From: the human T2T-CHM13v2.0 reference genome, Homo sapiens
Length of the DNA: 64,000 nucleotides
Direction: 5' to 3' (one strand)
Assembly: GCF_009914755.1 (NCBI RefSeq)
Contig: NC_060931.1
The translations under genes were made by a program, and so were the position numbers. This document shows, piece by piece, positions 29,068 to 43,011 of this stretch (position 1 is its first letter; the number at the start of each line of letters is the position of its first letter). A model generated the notes under the pieces. The model did no database searches, was not told the DNA's origin, and worked only from the letters and a program-made list of their open reading frames with translations.

Positions 29068-29775
29068 GTGGTGGGATGGGGAGGCTATTTCAGACAGTGG
29101 AGAGAAAAGGCCTCTTTGGCTGAGCTGAGACTTCCATTCAGCATTGGCACCATGGATTGCCACAGGAGGTTTATACACAGTGTTGATATGGACCAAGCAC
29201 AGGGCACATGAGATAGATTTGCCCTCAGGTGGTGGAGGGGATGGGCCCTGAACATACAATTGGAATGCAATTGGCAAAGACACTAAGGCTGTGGAAATAT
29301 AAAGAGATGAATAATCCAGCCATAGAGGTCAGGGAAGGATTTTTGGAGGGGTGACATTTAAACTGAGTTCTGAGAAACAAGTAGGCCAGCCAGGTGGAAG
29401 GAGAGAAGGACAGCCTGTGGAAAAGGCTCATAGATTAAACACGAAAGCAGGTGGGTGGAAAATAGTTGAGTGATAAGTATTGATTTACTTCTTAAAGTAT
29501 TATTACATGATGGCAGAGGAAGTGGTTCAGAAGGTGATAAGTAATAATGAGTAAAAATTTGGTATGGATAATCCAAATTTTGTATAATCTTTATAGATGA
29601 TAGCAACTGAATATAATTTAGCACTTCGAAACCAACATATTCTTACAACTGTATTACTTTATGATTTATGATTTGTGGATTAACTTCATTTTTTAAAACA
29701 TAATTTATATTGAAACCTTTTCCATTTTGAATTTCAAGTTAGAAATGGACTAGGTGATCTGTTTTATGATTTCAG

Positions 29776-29872
29776 GGCCTGTCATACCACAAGACCACCT
29801 TACTTTGGAGAAGGGGATCGAGTTGATTATCATTTTATCTCTCAAGACGTTTTTGATGAAATGGTGAACATG
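29776..29872 (+). CDS. LRGUK: LRGUK coding exon, GK nucleotide-binding subdomain (ACHTTRPPYFGEGDRVDYHFISQDVFDEMVNM)
   Basis: atttcAG acceptor, atg|GTaaga donor. 97 nt, phase 2/0. HTTRxP..GE..DYHF guanylate kinase signature. Confidence 0.96.
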
Positions 29873-32588
29873 GTAAGAATGTTTGCCTTTGTTTTTATTG
29901 CACAAGAAATACACGTTCTCTGGCAAAAATGTTAGGAAATAGTTATAAATAAAAAAAGGAAGAATTAAATTTTGTGCTTGTTATGAGAGGTGAGTTTTTA
30001 TGGGGTTTTTTTTTTTTCTTAAAGTGCTTAATACGTCATTCTTCACATGCTTTTTTATTTTATGGTCTTGGAGAAAATATTGTAAATTTCCAATAAAAAT
30101 GAATGAGTAGGCATTTTAAGGAAATAGAACTAAAGCAGTATGAAAAATTCTTGTGATCTGTGCTTATCAGTTGCTGCTACTGTTATTAGTCAGATTTACT
30201 CAAGAAAAACAGTTCTTACATAACCGATGGCACAGAAATCTTGTAAATTAAGTATGTCTGGGGATTTGGGTATTCTGTCCAGAAAGTAGTCTTTCTGTGT
30301 ATTATCTGTGGTGCTTTCTAATTGTTACAACCCTAAGCACCATTTCAGTATGGCGTGTCCCATTTAGTTGGCTTGTTCTGGACATGTTACCATGGTCATG
30401 TTCCTGTTTGAGAAGTTCTCAGTCCTGGAGGCCAAGCAGTTCACTAATGCAGATGGCAGCCCTTGCTAGAAGATGGGAGATGATCCCTAACTTCTTTGAG
30501 GACTATGTTTTTACAAGGTCAAGGTAATTACCATGCATTAGTCTATTTCACAGGCACTCAGAACAATCTTGTTTAAGTTTTGGGTTTTTGCATTTGTTTG
30601 TTTTTTACTGAAACCCTGACAATCTGGTTATTGATAGTAACTCAAAACACTCTTGTCTTTGAATTCATTTTCTTCAAAACAACTTATATGTTCCTTCTTG
30701 GCCTTCACATACAAAGGGAACCCTCATAATCCTCGCATGTTTTATCTGTTGAAAGTGTATGCTAATGTAAATATGTATCTGCCCATGACTTCAGTTAAAC
30801 TGAAGGAGTAGCTCATATTTTCATCACGACCAATGAATCTGTAAACCTTTTGTTTTTACTTCTCCATGGCCCTTATTTTTGTTTATATCTTCATTGTTTC
30901 TATCACCAAGTAAATCCTACACCACTTTCTTTTCTTTTCTGAAGTCCACTGAACTATCAGATGAGGGACTCATCTGTGTTTCTGCTTTTGAAAGATTACC
31001 ATCCAACTGGTGATTCCCTTATAGCTACATATCCTCTTTCCTCTTTCCCCTTCTTTTTCCTTCTTCCTTCCTCTGTTCCCACCCCCCAAATAATGGACCT
31101 GGCTTATTCTTCATTGTACAAAATCATGGAACATTTCAGCATAGGCTTTGCAGTTTCTATGAGTTTAATTTTGAATGGCCAACTCTATACATGGTGCCTG
31201 TTTTCTGGACTTCTCTTGTGTTTGTGGAGATATACAAGTGAGATAATCCTATGATCCCTAGGCAATTTTTCCTCTAACTTTGTCAAAAGAACATCTTGGA
31301 AATTCTTTATAATTTTCTCTCCTAGGGCTATATTTTGGCAGTTCAGTTTAATTGATTAAGAGTACTCTGGGACTTTATGTTTCTAAAAGCCTCAATAGAG
31401 ATTTGAGAAGTTATCTTGATATTAGTAAGAAGCATTCTCTTAGGACTTTTTAAGTTGAAAGACAACTAATTCCCAAAATTAATGTTAATTTATCTTGTTA
31501 GAGTATGAGGCAATTTTTTTCTCACGTCAGTTCATCTGTTCTCAGTACCCCATCTGCTCTCTGGTGTTTCATACCTTATCAGATCTGTAATCTAGTCTGG
31601 TTCAATTCCTAGTCTAAAAAGTCACTACACTTCTATACTATATTTAGTCTTAGAATTTTACTACCTCTACAGAAATCCTCCTGTGTTTGAGAAGTACTTA
31701 TTTTTACTGCTTCTGATAACATATATATACATTTCAGGATAATGTAATTTTCTTGAACTTGAATTGTGCCTCTGATCTCTTTTCCTTTAATGTAAGCTTG
31801 AGACTGTTTGATGAAGAGAGACAAACTTAGAGATGACAAACTTATGACACATTGTCAGCTTTGCCAATCACCCACAGACACTCAGCCTTCTGTTCACAGA
31901 ACCCCCCTCTACACAGCAGCCACCCAGACAGCCTGCCCGCCATCCTCCATTACAGCAGGCCCACTGACGGACAGCCTTGGCACACCCTTACTGTGGACAG
32001 TCACACCTTTCTGCTCTGACACGTACAACACATAGACCTGTACACCTTCCCCCACACAGGGGCCTCCTCTATCCCATCAGACACTTCCCCCACAACACAC
32101 AATCATCCCCCTAACATGCCCACAGATATGAGAACCCTTTTAATGGACACATACACAGTCCCCACAGAAACTCTCCCTCTCCTGTAGAAATAAAACCACA
32201 GACCCTGAGGTTTCTGGAGTATGACTATTGCTATTTATTAGGAAATCCATATGCAGCAAGAAACCAAAGTAGCATCACCAGCCAGAATGGGGTGGAGGGA
32301 AACCACTTAATCCCAATTCTTAACAAACTTGTAATGGGGTCTCTTTTATACCTATGTACTATGCAAGATTCCTCCCAACTCTACATCTCTACATCTTTCT
32401 AGAAAATGTTTTTTTTAATTATCCACAGTAGAAGGTCCTTGTACATAAACAATAAAAAAAACTTACAGTATATATCTGAAAAGGAATTCAAGTATACATT
32501 TTGAAAACAGCGAGTCACAGAGTGTTAGTCAGGGTTCTCCAGAGAAACAGAATCAATAGGATGTGTATATGTATAGCAAGAGATTTAG

Positions 32589-32868
32589 GGTTGGGCTCAC
32601 ACCTGTAATCCCAGCACTTTGGGAGGCTGAGGTGGGAGGATTGCTTGAACCTAGGAGTTTGAGACCAGCCTGGGCAACAAAATGAGACCCTATCTCTTCA
32701 AAAAATAAAGAATTAGCCTGGTGTAGGGGTTCATGCCTGTAGTCCCAGCAACTCAGGAGGCTGAGGCAGAAGGATTGCTTGAGCCCAGGAGGTCAAGGCT
32801 GCAGTGAGTTATGATTGCCCCACTGCACTCCAGCCTGTGTAACACAGCAAGACTCCATCTCTTAAAAG
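32589..32868 (+). mobile_element. AluJ nested in MLT2
   Basis: TSD aagagatttag. Confidence 0.9.
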
Positions 32869-32956
32869 AAAGAGATTTAGTGTAAGAAATTGGCACACAT
32901 GGGTTATAGGGACTGGCAAATCCAAATCTGCAGTGTGAGCCGGGCAGCCAGGAAAT

Positions 32957-33631
32957 CCTAATGGGTTCACCTTGCCCGCTGCCTAGACAGAGCCGATTTT
33001 TCAAGATGAGAATTGCAATAGAGAAAGAATAATTCACACAGGGCCAGCTGTGCAGGAGACCACATTTTATCATTACTCAAATCAATCACCCTGAGCATTT
33101 GGGGATCACAGTTTTTAAGGACAACTTAGTGGGTGGGGGGAAGCCAGTGAGCCGGGAGTGCTGATTGGTCAGAGATGAAATCACAGAGAGTCAAGCTGTC
33201 TTCCTGTACTGAATCAGTTCCTGGGTAGGGGCCACAAGATCAGATGAGCCAGTTTATCGATCTGGGTGGTGCCAGCTGATCCATCAAGTGCAGGGTCTAC
33301 AAAATATCTCAAGCACTGATCTTAGGAGCAGTTTAGGGAGGGTCAGAATCTTGTAGCCTCCAGCTGCATGACTCCTAAACCATAATTTCTAATCTTGTGG
33401 CTAATTTTTTAGTCCTACAAAGGCAGTCTAGTCCCCATGCAAGAAGGGAGTTTGTTTTGGGAAAGGGCTGTTATCATCTTTGTTTTAAAGTGTAAACTAA
33501 GTTCCTCCCAAAGTTAGTTCAGCCTGTGCCCAAGAATGAACAAGAACAGTTTGGAGGTTAGAAGCAAGATGGAGTCAGTTAGGTTAGATCTCTTTCATTG
33601 TCTCAGTCATAATTTTGCAATGGAGGTTTCA
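32957..33631 (-). mobile_element. LTR8 solo LTR (ERV1) nested in MLT2
   Basis: Minus strand starts tgaaacctccattgcaaaattatgactgagac and ends tctaggcagcgggcaaggtgaacccatt. Confidence 0.85.
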
Positions 33632-35112
33632 GTGGTGCAGATGAAATCCAAAGGCTGATCTTTTTGTTCTATTGAGGCCTTCAACTGATTGGATAAAGTC
33701 CACCTATATTATGGGTGGCAGTCTGCTTCCTTGAAGTTCACCAGTTTAAATGTTCATCTCACCCCAAACATCTTCCAAGTTGACACATAATACTAACCAG
33801 CAGATGCAATAAACAAGATAAAGTGTCTATCTGAAAGGAGAGCCAGACATATATATATATATAGAAAAGGAGTCACAGTATTTGTTCCAAATAACAAAGA
33901 AAGTATGACATTGAAGGAGTAAAATAGTAAGGATATTTATTGTTGAGTTTTTAACTTTTGGAATATATAACATAAACTTCTTTTGATTATGGGGGATGTG
34001 GATCTTCCTCATCACCTGCAGCAGACACATTGCCCAGAGACCCATCCCCCAACCTCAAAAGACACCCTACGCCTTCTGGTCTCTGACCTGTCTTCCCTGA
34101 CAGACAGCCCATCCCCGTACCCTCACATCTCCAGAACATCTGGGGCCAAGACACAGGGTAGCAATAGACCCAACTGCTGCTGTTCTTAATGCTGCCACCG
34201 CCATTTGATGGGATTCAATGCAGCCCTGGAAGTTTTCACTTCATTGTTTATTTCAAAATCACATATATGAGAAGTCACACTTGCCAAGATCATCCACGTT
34301 TTTATTCCTTCTGTTGTCATCAGTTACCCAGTTTAGATTTGACCTAGTGGTTTAATGAATATAGTATTGCCAAAGAAAAAATCACAGACAATTTTAAGAG
34401 ACATCTTTTTACTTGCCCCACCCCTCCTTTTTTTTTTCCCAAGGGAATACCGTTTTTGGAAGAACTGAGCTTCCAGAATACAGACAGAGGCATCATTTAT
34501 AGTTCAAATGGCTATAGGGCAGACACCAATTCTGTTGGATGACATTTGGGGCAGTTTCAGTAGAAAGCTATCTTTATGAGGAAAAACAGGATGGGTCTGC
34601 TTTTTCAAAGCTTTTAGGATGTCCCTGTAATTCATGGCCTCCCAGAATTATCTGTAATTCATGGCTTATCTTGGTAATGCAAGGCTTTTGGAAATGGAAG
34701 GCTTTTCTGGGTTGCCTGGTGTGCTGGCACAGCTGAAATGGCGGCAGTAAAGGGCAGGCCATTAGTTTTGTTCTCTCAGTAATGAAGGTTTTGGTGCGGG
34801 TTTGGCAGGAAGTGGGTAAGTAAACAAAATAGTCTATTTTACCATATGCTGCAGTGCCTTAACACTCCTCAACATTTTGTCAGCAAATTATTTCTAAAAA
34901 CCTATTTTTTTTTTGTCAGCTGAGAATTCTGAATAAATTTCTCTGTCACAGTTTGAAATTAAGTTTCATTTACCCCATTGTCATCCTTATATAGTTGCTA
35001 AAATTTGTAAGGTTTTTGAAATTATTTAGAATAAGACATCAAATGATTTGAGTTATGTAAATTCCATGATGGCTGCTGTTATATGAAAATCTTTGTTCTT
35101 CTCGAATTCCAG

Positions 35113-35226
35113 GGGAAATTCATTCTAACATTTAGTTATGGTAATCACAAGTATGGATTAAATAGGGACACCGTAGAAGGTATCGCAAGAGATGGTTTGG
35201 CAAGCTGTATTCATATGGAAATAGAA
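35113..35226 (+). CDS. LRGUK: LRGUK coding exon, GK domain (GKFILTFSYGNHKYGLNRDTVEGIARDGLASCIHMEIE)
   Basis: attccAG acceptor, gaa|GTaagt donor. 114 nt, phase 0/0. GxF...YG motif. Confidence 0.95.
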
Positions 35227-35252
35227 GTAAGTGTTTTCATTCAACCAATTAA

Positions 35253-35310
35253 TGTGTGTGTAGTTTGTGTGAGTGTGGTGTGTGTGTATGTGTGTGTGTG
35301 TGTATATATG
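35253..35310 (+). repeat. Imperfect (GT)n microsatellite 27 nt downstream of a donor site
   Basis: Direct reading. Confidence 0.85.
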
Positions 35311-37337
35311 TATAAACTTTTTACTGATACATAATTGAGGTACATATATGGGGTACATGCGTTAATGTATATACATATTTGAGGTTGGGGAGGGGTATAC
35401 AATGCACAGGCAACACATTGCCAGGCACAAGATAAGATATTCCGTTTATAATTACTATGGGGGGCAAGACACATGAAACATTAAGTGACAGGAGTTCGGT
35501 TACAATACAAGAAATTGCACAGATATTGTGAGTGAAACTGCCACTCGAGCTTTATTTTCTGTTATTTCCTCACTAAATGCTCCTTTTTCTTTTTAGAGCA
35601 TGGCCTCTGTTTACATAAAAGGTTGTAGATAAAGCCTGATTCTTAGAGTGTGGAACTGGTTCCCCATCCCCTCAGGACAATGGCAGCCCCATGTGGTCAA
35701 CTTTGTTCCTTCCTTCTGCATGAGATGTGTGGGCTGTGCTGCCATTTAACTGCAGTTGCTCACTGGGTGTAATATTTTCATACTTCTGGCAATTTAGACC
35801 TGTAGATGTCAGGAGATTTTTCTCTCTACCCTGATACCCTGTCTTCCCCCAACAATGATCTATAATTAGAGTATATAGAAGCTTCTCCAAAATTAAGATC
35901 CAGAGTAAAACTATGAATTTCCCACTCATTTATTTTTTAAAAATATAGCTTTATTACATACTTGGAACCTTCAAAAATAGTTGATTGTTTTTTCAAGATC
36001 CTTTAACTGAGCAGTATGACACTTTTGGAATTAAAAAAAAAGCAATTATAAAACTAATTCAATTAGATCAAATATACAGAAAACAAAACCTAGGCAAATC
36101 AGGTACATAATCCTTCGATGTCAACTCTGAATCTTTCTTTTTTCCTTTGTGACTTCACACAGTAGGAGACTGCAATTCCCTTTTGGCTCTTTGTGTTGGT
36201 ATAAGTGTTCCTAGCTTACACATTTCTTCCAGCTCTTTAACTTTCCTGACGTAGAATATTTCCAATCTTACTTCTCAGTGATTAATTGGTTTTGTATCTT
36301 TAAGGAATGTTTTCTTTGTTTCTATAATAACTAGCAAAAATAAAAGGTCTTTTCTAAAAAATTTCTTCATTTGACAAGGCAGAAACAAAAATTAATGCAT
36401 TTTTGAGTCCAGAAACTCTCCATCTTTTGTGTCTATCTTTCACTGTTTTTCTCCCTGGGAGTTCACTCTTCCTCATTTCCAGGAGGTTGAGTCTATAATC
36501 CATGCTTGATTCCCCTGATTCTCCCCAGCTGAAGTATTTTTCCAGACTGCCCTGGTCATTGACTGTTTCAGAAATTGTTTTGGAAATAGCCTGTATTTCT
36601 TCCAACTGAATTTTTAAAACAAAGACTTTGAACATTGAGTGAAACTGATTGAGATGGACGGGACTTTAGAGTCCATTTGGAATGGCTCTTTCATTTCACC
36701 CGTGAGGAAACTGATAGCCAGAGAACTTGAAGGATTTGTGCGGCGTCTACAGGAGCCAGAGAGCTGCAGTTGTGACCAAGCCCTCCAGACTCACAGACCA
36801 GTCAGTTCCTTACACAGTTCCATGCTGTGATCTCCTGGTCTGCAGGTGACGAGGAGCTTGGCCTTCCCAACCAGGGTGCTGATTTAGGTGCAGAAAGGGT
36901 CCCAAGATGATGACAAAGGGGTCACAGAAGAGCCTTTTCTCCCTGGTAAGATCTCTATCTCCTGGTGCTCCACAGAACCCTTTTGAAATATAGAATTGAA
37001 ATTACCTTTCTGTAATAAAGTTGCAATATTGCTATGAATGTACCTATTTTATATCCAGCAATTTTCTAACAGTCATATTCATTAGAATGATTAATTAAAG
37101 GAAAGCCAGGTGGAGTGAATTGTAATATTTCCAATGACAATTTAAAACTTGATGAAGAGAGAAATGTAATCCAATCTTGAGATATTTATAGAAAAATAGT
37201 AGCTAACTATACAGATGAAATAAATTCTTCAATATATTAATAATACTACTTCTTATACCCATGTTGTCAGATGGCTCCAAAATGATTTCTAAATCATGTA
37301 TCTGTTTCCAATTTATTATCTTCCTTTTAATGCACAG

Positions 37338-37539
37338 GGTGTAAGAAGTTTGAAATATTCCTATTTTGAGCCTCGTTATATCCTGGTGGTGCCCATGAAC
37401 AAGGAAAAATATGAGGGATATTTGCGGAGAAAAGGATTATTCAGTCGTGCAGAAATTGAATTTGCTGTCTCCAGAGTGGACCTTTATATTAAAATTAATC
37501 AGAATTTTCCGGGATATTTTGATGAGGTAATCAATGCAG
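37338..37539 (+). CDS. LRGUK: LRGUK coding exon, GK domain (GVRSLKYSYFEPRYILVVPMNKEKYEGYLRRKG...YFDEVINA)
   Basis: tgcacAG acceptor, gcag|GTtggt donor. 202 nt, phase 0/1. FDxVIxN motif. Confidence 0.95.
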
Positions 37540-38096
37540 GTTGGTAATTTTCAGCAAAGTTTTGTTTTTGAAATGTAAGATTACTGAATTAAAAGTTTGT
37601 TTCATGGGGATAAAATTCTTGGGTAAAAGCTATTTTTCTTGTAACGGTGAATCACAAAGAGCTGCGAAAAGGGGTAAGAATCCAAGAGGTCTAATCTTCC
37701 ACTGTTTTAATGAGAGCATTGTCTCAATTATTTCTTAAGATTGTAGCTAATAAGATTTGGTGTAAAATGAGCCTGAACTAAGTTCATTTTTTAGGGGACA
37801 TTGTGAGAACAAAGTTAAATTATATATAATTTGAAATACACATTTAAATTTCTAGAAAGGCATATGAAACTCAGGTAATTTGATTATAATCTACACGTAG
37901 GTTAAAAACCCAACTACTCAAAATATTATAACTTAAAAATGTATGTGTAAAATAAACATTTTCAGAAACTAGCTTAGAAATGACCATTTAATTTAAAGCA
38001 ATAGTTCATGGGAGAATTTATCAAAATATGAAAATTTCTATATATATATGTACATATTTTTACACATATAAAATTTCTATAGATATATTCTAGAAA

Positions 38097-38099
<3 letters not shown>

Positions 38100-38149
<50 letters not shown>

Positions 38150-38451
38150 AATTTTTTTTTTTGAGATAGAGAGTCTCGCTCTGTCACCCAGGCTGGAGTG
38201 CAGTGGCGTGATCTTGGTTCACTACAACCTCTTCCTCCGCCTCCCAGGTTCAAGCAATAGATCTGCCTCAACTTCCTGTATAGCTGGGATTACAGGTGCA
38301 CGCCACCACGCCCAGCTAATTTTTGCATTTTTAGTAGAGACAGGGTTTTACCATGTTGTCCAGGCTGGTCTCAAACTCTTGACCTCAAGCAATCCACCCT
38401 CCTCAGCCTCCCAAAGTGCTGGGATTACAGGCGTGAGCCACCGCACCTGGC
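38100..38451 (-). mobile_element. AluS (38152-38451) with (TA)n microsatellite at 38100-38145
   Basis: Reverse Alu; aaatttctata on both flanks. Confidence 0.92.
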
Positions 38452-38854
38452 AAATTTCTATATATTTTTAAAGTGCACTATGTTACACAGTCATAAAAAG
38501 GAATGAGAAAATTCTCTGTGTCTAGATAGGGAAATATCTTCAAGACATACAGTTACTGAAAAAGACAGGTTTACAATATAGTATGCCATAATTTATGTAA
38601 AAAAATTGTGCAATTGTATTTTCTTGTGCTACATAAAAAAGTTCTCTGGCAGAATCCTCAAAAAAACTAATAACACTGATTACCTCTTAGGGGGAAGGGA
38701 AACTAGATGAACTAGATGGACAGGGGACATTAGTTGAACCATATGAAATTGTTGATATTCAACTATTTTGACCTATGAAAACAGCAATGTCATATGGTTC
38801 AAATTATTAATAATAGTTTTTGGTCTCTGAAACATGTTAAAGTATTACACAGTT

Positions 38855-39489
38855 GAATTTGTTTTCTATTCCTGCATAGAAATTATCACACTTAGTGTCT
38901 TAAAGCAACACCCATTTATTAATTCACAGTTTCGTAGATTAGAAGTCTGGTACAGCATAGGTGGATTTTCTGCTCAGGGTATCAGGAAGCTGAGGGCTCA
39001 TCTGAAGGCTCTGGGGATAAGTCCCCAAAGCTCATTCTTGTTGGCAGGATGGAGTTTCTTTTGGTTGTAGAACTGAGGTCCCAGTTTCCCTGTGGGCTGT
39101 CTGCCAAGAATTATCCTCAGTTTCTGGAGGTTGCTCTCAGGTCTCATCCACGTGGCCCCACCATCTTCAAGCCAGCACCAGCACATCGAATCCTCCTTGT
39201 GATCTGAGTCTCTGACTTCTTTTTCTGCCAACAGCTGGAGAAAACTCTCCTTTTATGTGGCTCATGTGATTAGGGTGGGCCTGCCTGGATAATCTCCCTT
39301 TTGATTAACCCAAAGTCAACCCGTTAATAACCTTAACCACATCCGCAAAAATCCCTTTTGCTGAATGTCACACAATCGTGGAGGTGGTATCTCATTGCCT
39401 TCACAGGTTCTGCCCACACTTAAGGGGAGGAGATTGATTATACAAAGGTGATGTGTCCTTAGGGTCATCTTAGAATTCTGCCTACCATA
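38855..39489 (-). mobile_element. MaLR LTR (MLT1E/F-like)
   Basis: cttaaagcaacacccatttatt...ggctcatctgaaggctctgggg...cttagaattctgcctacca. Confidence 0.75.
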
Positions 39490-39596
39490 ATATATATAAA
39501 ATTAAATGCAGTAAACAAATCATTACCACCGATAGTTGAACATCAACTGTATTGGATGTGATCCTGTTGCTTTAAAATGTACTCTCTTTGCTGCAG

Positions 39597-39692
39597 ATGA
39601 TCTGGATGTTGCCTACCAAAAACTGAGTCAGCTCATTAGAGAATACCTTGGATTGACTGAGGAACCTGCCAAGAGTTTGGCTACAACTGCAG
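39597..39692 (+). CDS. LRGUK: LRGUK coding exon, end of GK domain (DDLDVAYQKLSQLIREYLGLTEEPAKSLATTA)
   Basis: ctttgctgcAG acceptor, gcag|GTact donor. 96 nt, phase 1/1. DDLxxAYxxL GK C-terminal helix. Confidence 0.95.
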
Positions 39693-40394
39693 GTACTATT
39701 CTATCATTTTTGTGCCAGGATTTTTTTTTTTTTCATGGAAAGGAAAACAAATCTGAGTTGCTATTTGGGTACTCATCACTTGGGCTAAAGCTGGTTCTCT
39801 TTTATTCCTGTACTTCTTCTGGGGCAATTGTCCCCAAAACAAGCAGCATGAGTCAGCTTTCTGGACCTGTAACTCTGCTTATCTCCATGGTCATGATGGA
39901 CCTCCAGGTACTGCCCTTCAGGAACAGGCTAGGCAGTGCCTTGGCGGAGGTAATAGATAAGGGTTAACCTCATGGTTCAGAACTCAGCCTTCCAGAGGTT
40001 TCATTCCTTAGAGAGCTGAGATGTTGTTCTACTTGTCGAGTTTGTATTTAGTCTGAGAGTTTTCTTTCCCCTTTTCTTTGCGTTACCCCAGTCCTCAAAA
40101 TACTGTGCTGCGGAATACAGTGGCAAGAGCCCTAGTCATAGGATCAATGTTCCTGATCCTAGCCCTGTGCTCTCTTGGGTGAGCTCCTTCGCTGTTCGGA
40201 GCTTCAGTTTACTGTTCTGCTACATGGACCTAATGCTCCTTATCTAATGCTCCTCATCACCACATGGATGGTGAGCAGCACATGATGTAGTATATGTAAG
40301 AGTGCATTCCCTTGGAATCCAGGAACTCTAAAGCCCTAAGTTAGAATTTTGGTACATGAATTTTGAGATGTATTTAAAAGTCTCCCTTTAATCC

Positions 40395-41385
40395 ACCTCA
40401 CAACTATTAGGATGGCTACTATAAAAACAAAATTAAAAAAAAAAAACAGAAATTAACAGGTGTTGGCAAGGATGTGGAGAAATTGGAACCCTTGTGTGCT
40501 ATTGGCAGGAGTGTAAAATGGTATTGCTCCTGTGGGAAACAGTATGGAGCTTCCTCAAAAAATTAGCAATAGAACTGTCCTATCATCCAGCAATCCCACT
40601 TCTGATCTACCTCCAAAAGAATTGAAGGCAGGATCTCAAAAAGAGAGCTGCACACCCATGTTTTTAGCAGCACTATTCACAATAGCCAAAAGGTGGAAGG
40701 AACCCATAAAATAGAATTTTATTTGACCTTAAAAAAGGAAGGAAATTCTGGCACATGCTACACATAGATGAACCTTGAAGACATTGTGCCAAATGAAATG
40801 AGCCAGTCACAAAAGGACAGCTATTGTATGATTCCACTACATGAGGTATCTAGAGTAGTCAATTCATAGAGCCAGAAAGTAGAACGGTAGTTGCCAGAGG
40901 CTAGGGAATGGGAGTGGTTTAATGGGTACAGTGTCAGTTTGAGAAGATGAAAAGAGTTCTGAGGATAGATGATAGTGACGGTGGCACAGTGTGAATATAC
41001 TTCATGCCACTGAACTGTGTACTTAAAAATGGTTAAGATGGCCGGGCGTGGTGGCTCATGCCTCTAATCCCAGCACTTTGGGAGGCCGAGGTGGGCAGAT
41101 CACGAGGTCAGGAGATAGAGATCATCCTGGCCAACATGGTGAAACCCTGTCTCTACTAAAAATACAAAAATTAGCCAGGCGTGGTGGCATGTGCCTGTAA
41201 TCCCAACTACTCAGGAGGCTGAGGCAGGAGAATTGCTTGAATCAGAGAGTAGGAGGTTGCAGCAAGCCAAGATTGCACCACTGCACTCTAGCCTAGTGTC
41301 AGAGCAAAACTCCATCTCAAAAAAAAAAATGGTTAAGATAGTCAATGTTGTGTTATGTGTATTTTGCCACCATAGTAAGTTTTAA
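40395..41385 (+). mobile_element. L1MB 3' fragment with AluSc-like insertion (41040-41329)
   Basis: ggcaaggatgtggagaaattggaaccct...gcagcactattcacaatagcc; Alu TSD aaaaatggttaagat. Confidence 0.88.
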
Positions 41386-43011
41386 AACTTTCCCTTGATG
41401 GACTGAACCCCATTCACACACTGCATATTGTGAAATGTTAACCTGAGACCCTGGCTGCTTTGCAAGTATGTTCAGCTTTGTGTTTTAGCGGTTGTGACTT
41501 TTTGCCCAAATAGGATTTTGTTTACCAGGTTGCATCCTGGCAGACTGAGGCAGGGCAGGTCATGATTTTGCCAGACTTCAAACCAATGCTGTTTTGTAAT
41601 TTTGCACACTTTTCCCAGGTTGAGGGCCCCTGGTATTTTGGAATGAGGTCAACGTGAAACTGGTAAAAATCAACAGATAATGGCTGAGAATTTCCTTCTC
41701 CATATGTCTTATAGGAGATGAAGTGACCAGGGTATGACCTGCTGACTGGAATGTTCCTGGAGAAAGTTTGACCTGTCTTAAAATAGGAATGGAGGACTGG
41801 AGGACTGTGCTCAGTCTACAAAGTGGGGATTGGGGAACATTAGATTGGGAGCATGTCAGTGTATGTATCCAGCCCTGCTCAGAATCTCTGCACTGGGCGT
41901 CGGTTCTTTAGAAAGCCATCTCTATGGAGAAGGGCTGTGAGTGTATCTAATGAGGCTTCTGTAGCTCAGTAGAAGTTTCTCTTGAGAAAATCTGGCTCCC
42001 CTTGCCTTAATTCTTTGCTACCCAAGCAACCTTCTGATCTTTAATTTGGTCCCATCGGGTGGACCTGCTCCTGTCGGGGCTGTACCCTACGTTACCCACC
42101 CTGCCCTGATCCCTGAGCCAGGCTTGTCTCCATTGTAAATTAATTAATTGGTGTACTGGCTTTTAAATCAGCCTCTTGTGGGTTTGGATAAACATGAATC
42201 AGTCCCCTGAGCCTGACCAGCTCTGAGTAACTGAGAACAGTGTGTTTCTCAATCTGAGGTTGCCACTGACTGGGGGGGCTTGAACAAGACTTTGCCTCAA
42301 CAGCCAGTGAGAGTCCGTCTCTGTATCTTTTCTTATTCTACAACTATCAAGAACACTGGCTATTGGGTGCAGTTGCCATTTGGTAAATTAATAGACCAGA
42401 TAATGTGTGCATAGAAAAATAGACTTTGATTCTAACGGGTATAATAAAATTTTATTTATTTGGACTAATGAGGTTAGGCTTGGCTGATTTAATGAAAAGC
42501 ATGAATTACTGAATTTGTAAAAATGTTTTAGCTTTCAGTTACATTTTATAACTGAAACTGAGCCATCTAGTTACTGACTAATAGAATTCCAACTGTAAAA
42601 GGTAGGTAGGCAGATTTGTAATTAATGGATCAAATCACTAGCCTCAAGGCCCCTTTGTTTTTTTGGCATGTTTAGTATTTTGAAAAACAATGTGTTTTCT
42701 GAAGCCAACCACTTTATCTTATCTAGACAATTAATTTGCTGAGGAAGTTACTTTTTCTACTTGTGGGTTTAAGAATAAACTTGCACATTGTAGAGGCCAG
42801 ACATTATTCAAGTGAGTATCTAAAAAGTTCTAAGGAACATGGTCCTTATTAACACACATTTAATGGTGTCTCTAGTGGGACAAGAAGTAGAGCCAGTGTT
42901 CTTCCTGAGTCTCAGGGCTGTGAAGAAGGTGCCAAGGAATGGGGACCAGATGTTTACAGGTTCAGTGCACAAGAGTGGAGCCAACCATAGTTACCTTAAA
43001 ACAAGTGTCAG

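Larger units (their letters stand above)
32520..33801 (-). mobile_element. MLT2 (ERVL) LTR hosting nested AluJ and LTR8
   Basis: Ends gttagtcagggttctccagagaaacagaa... and ...caagttgacacataatactaacca. Confidence 0.8.
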
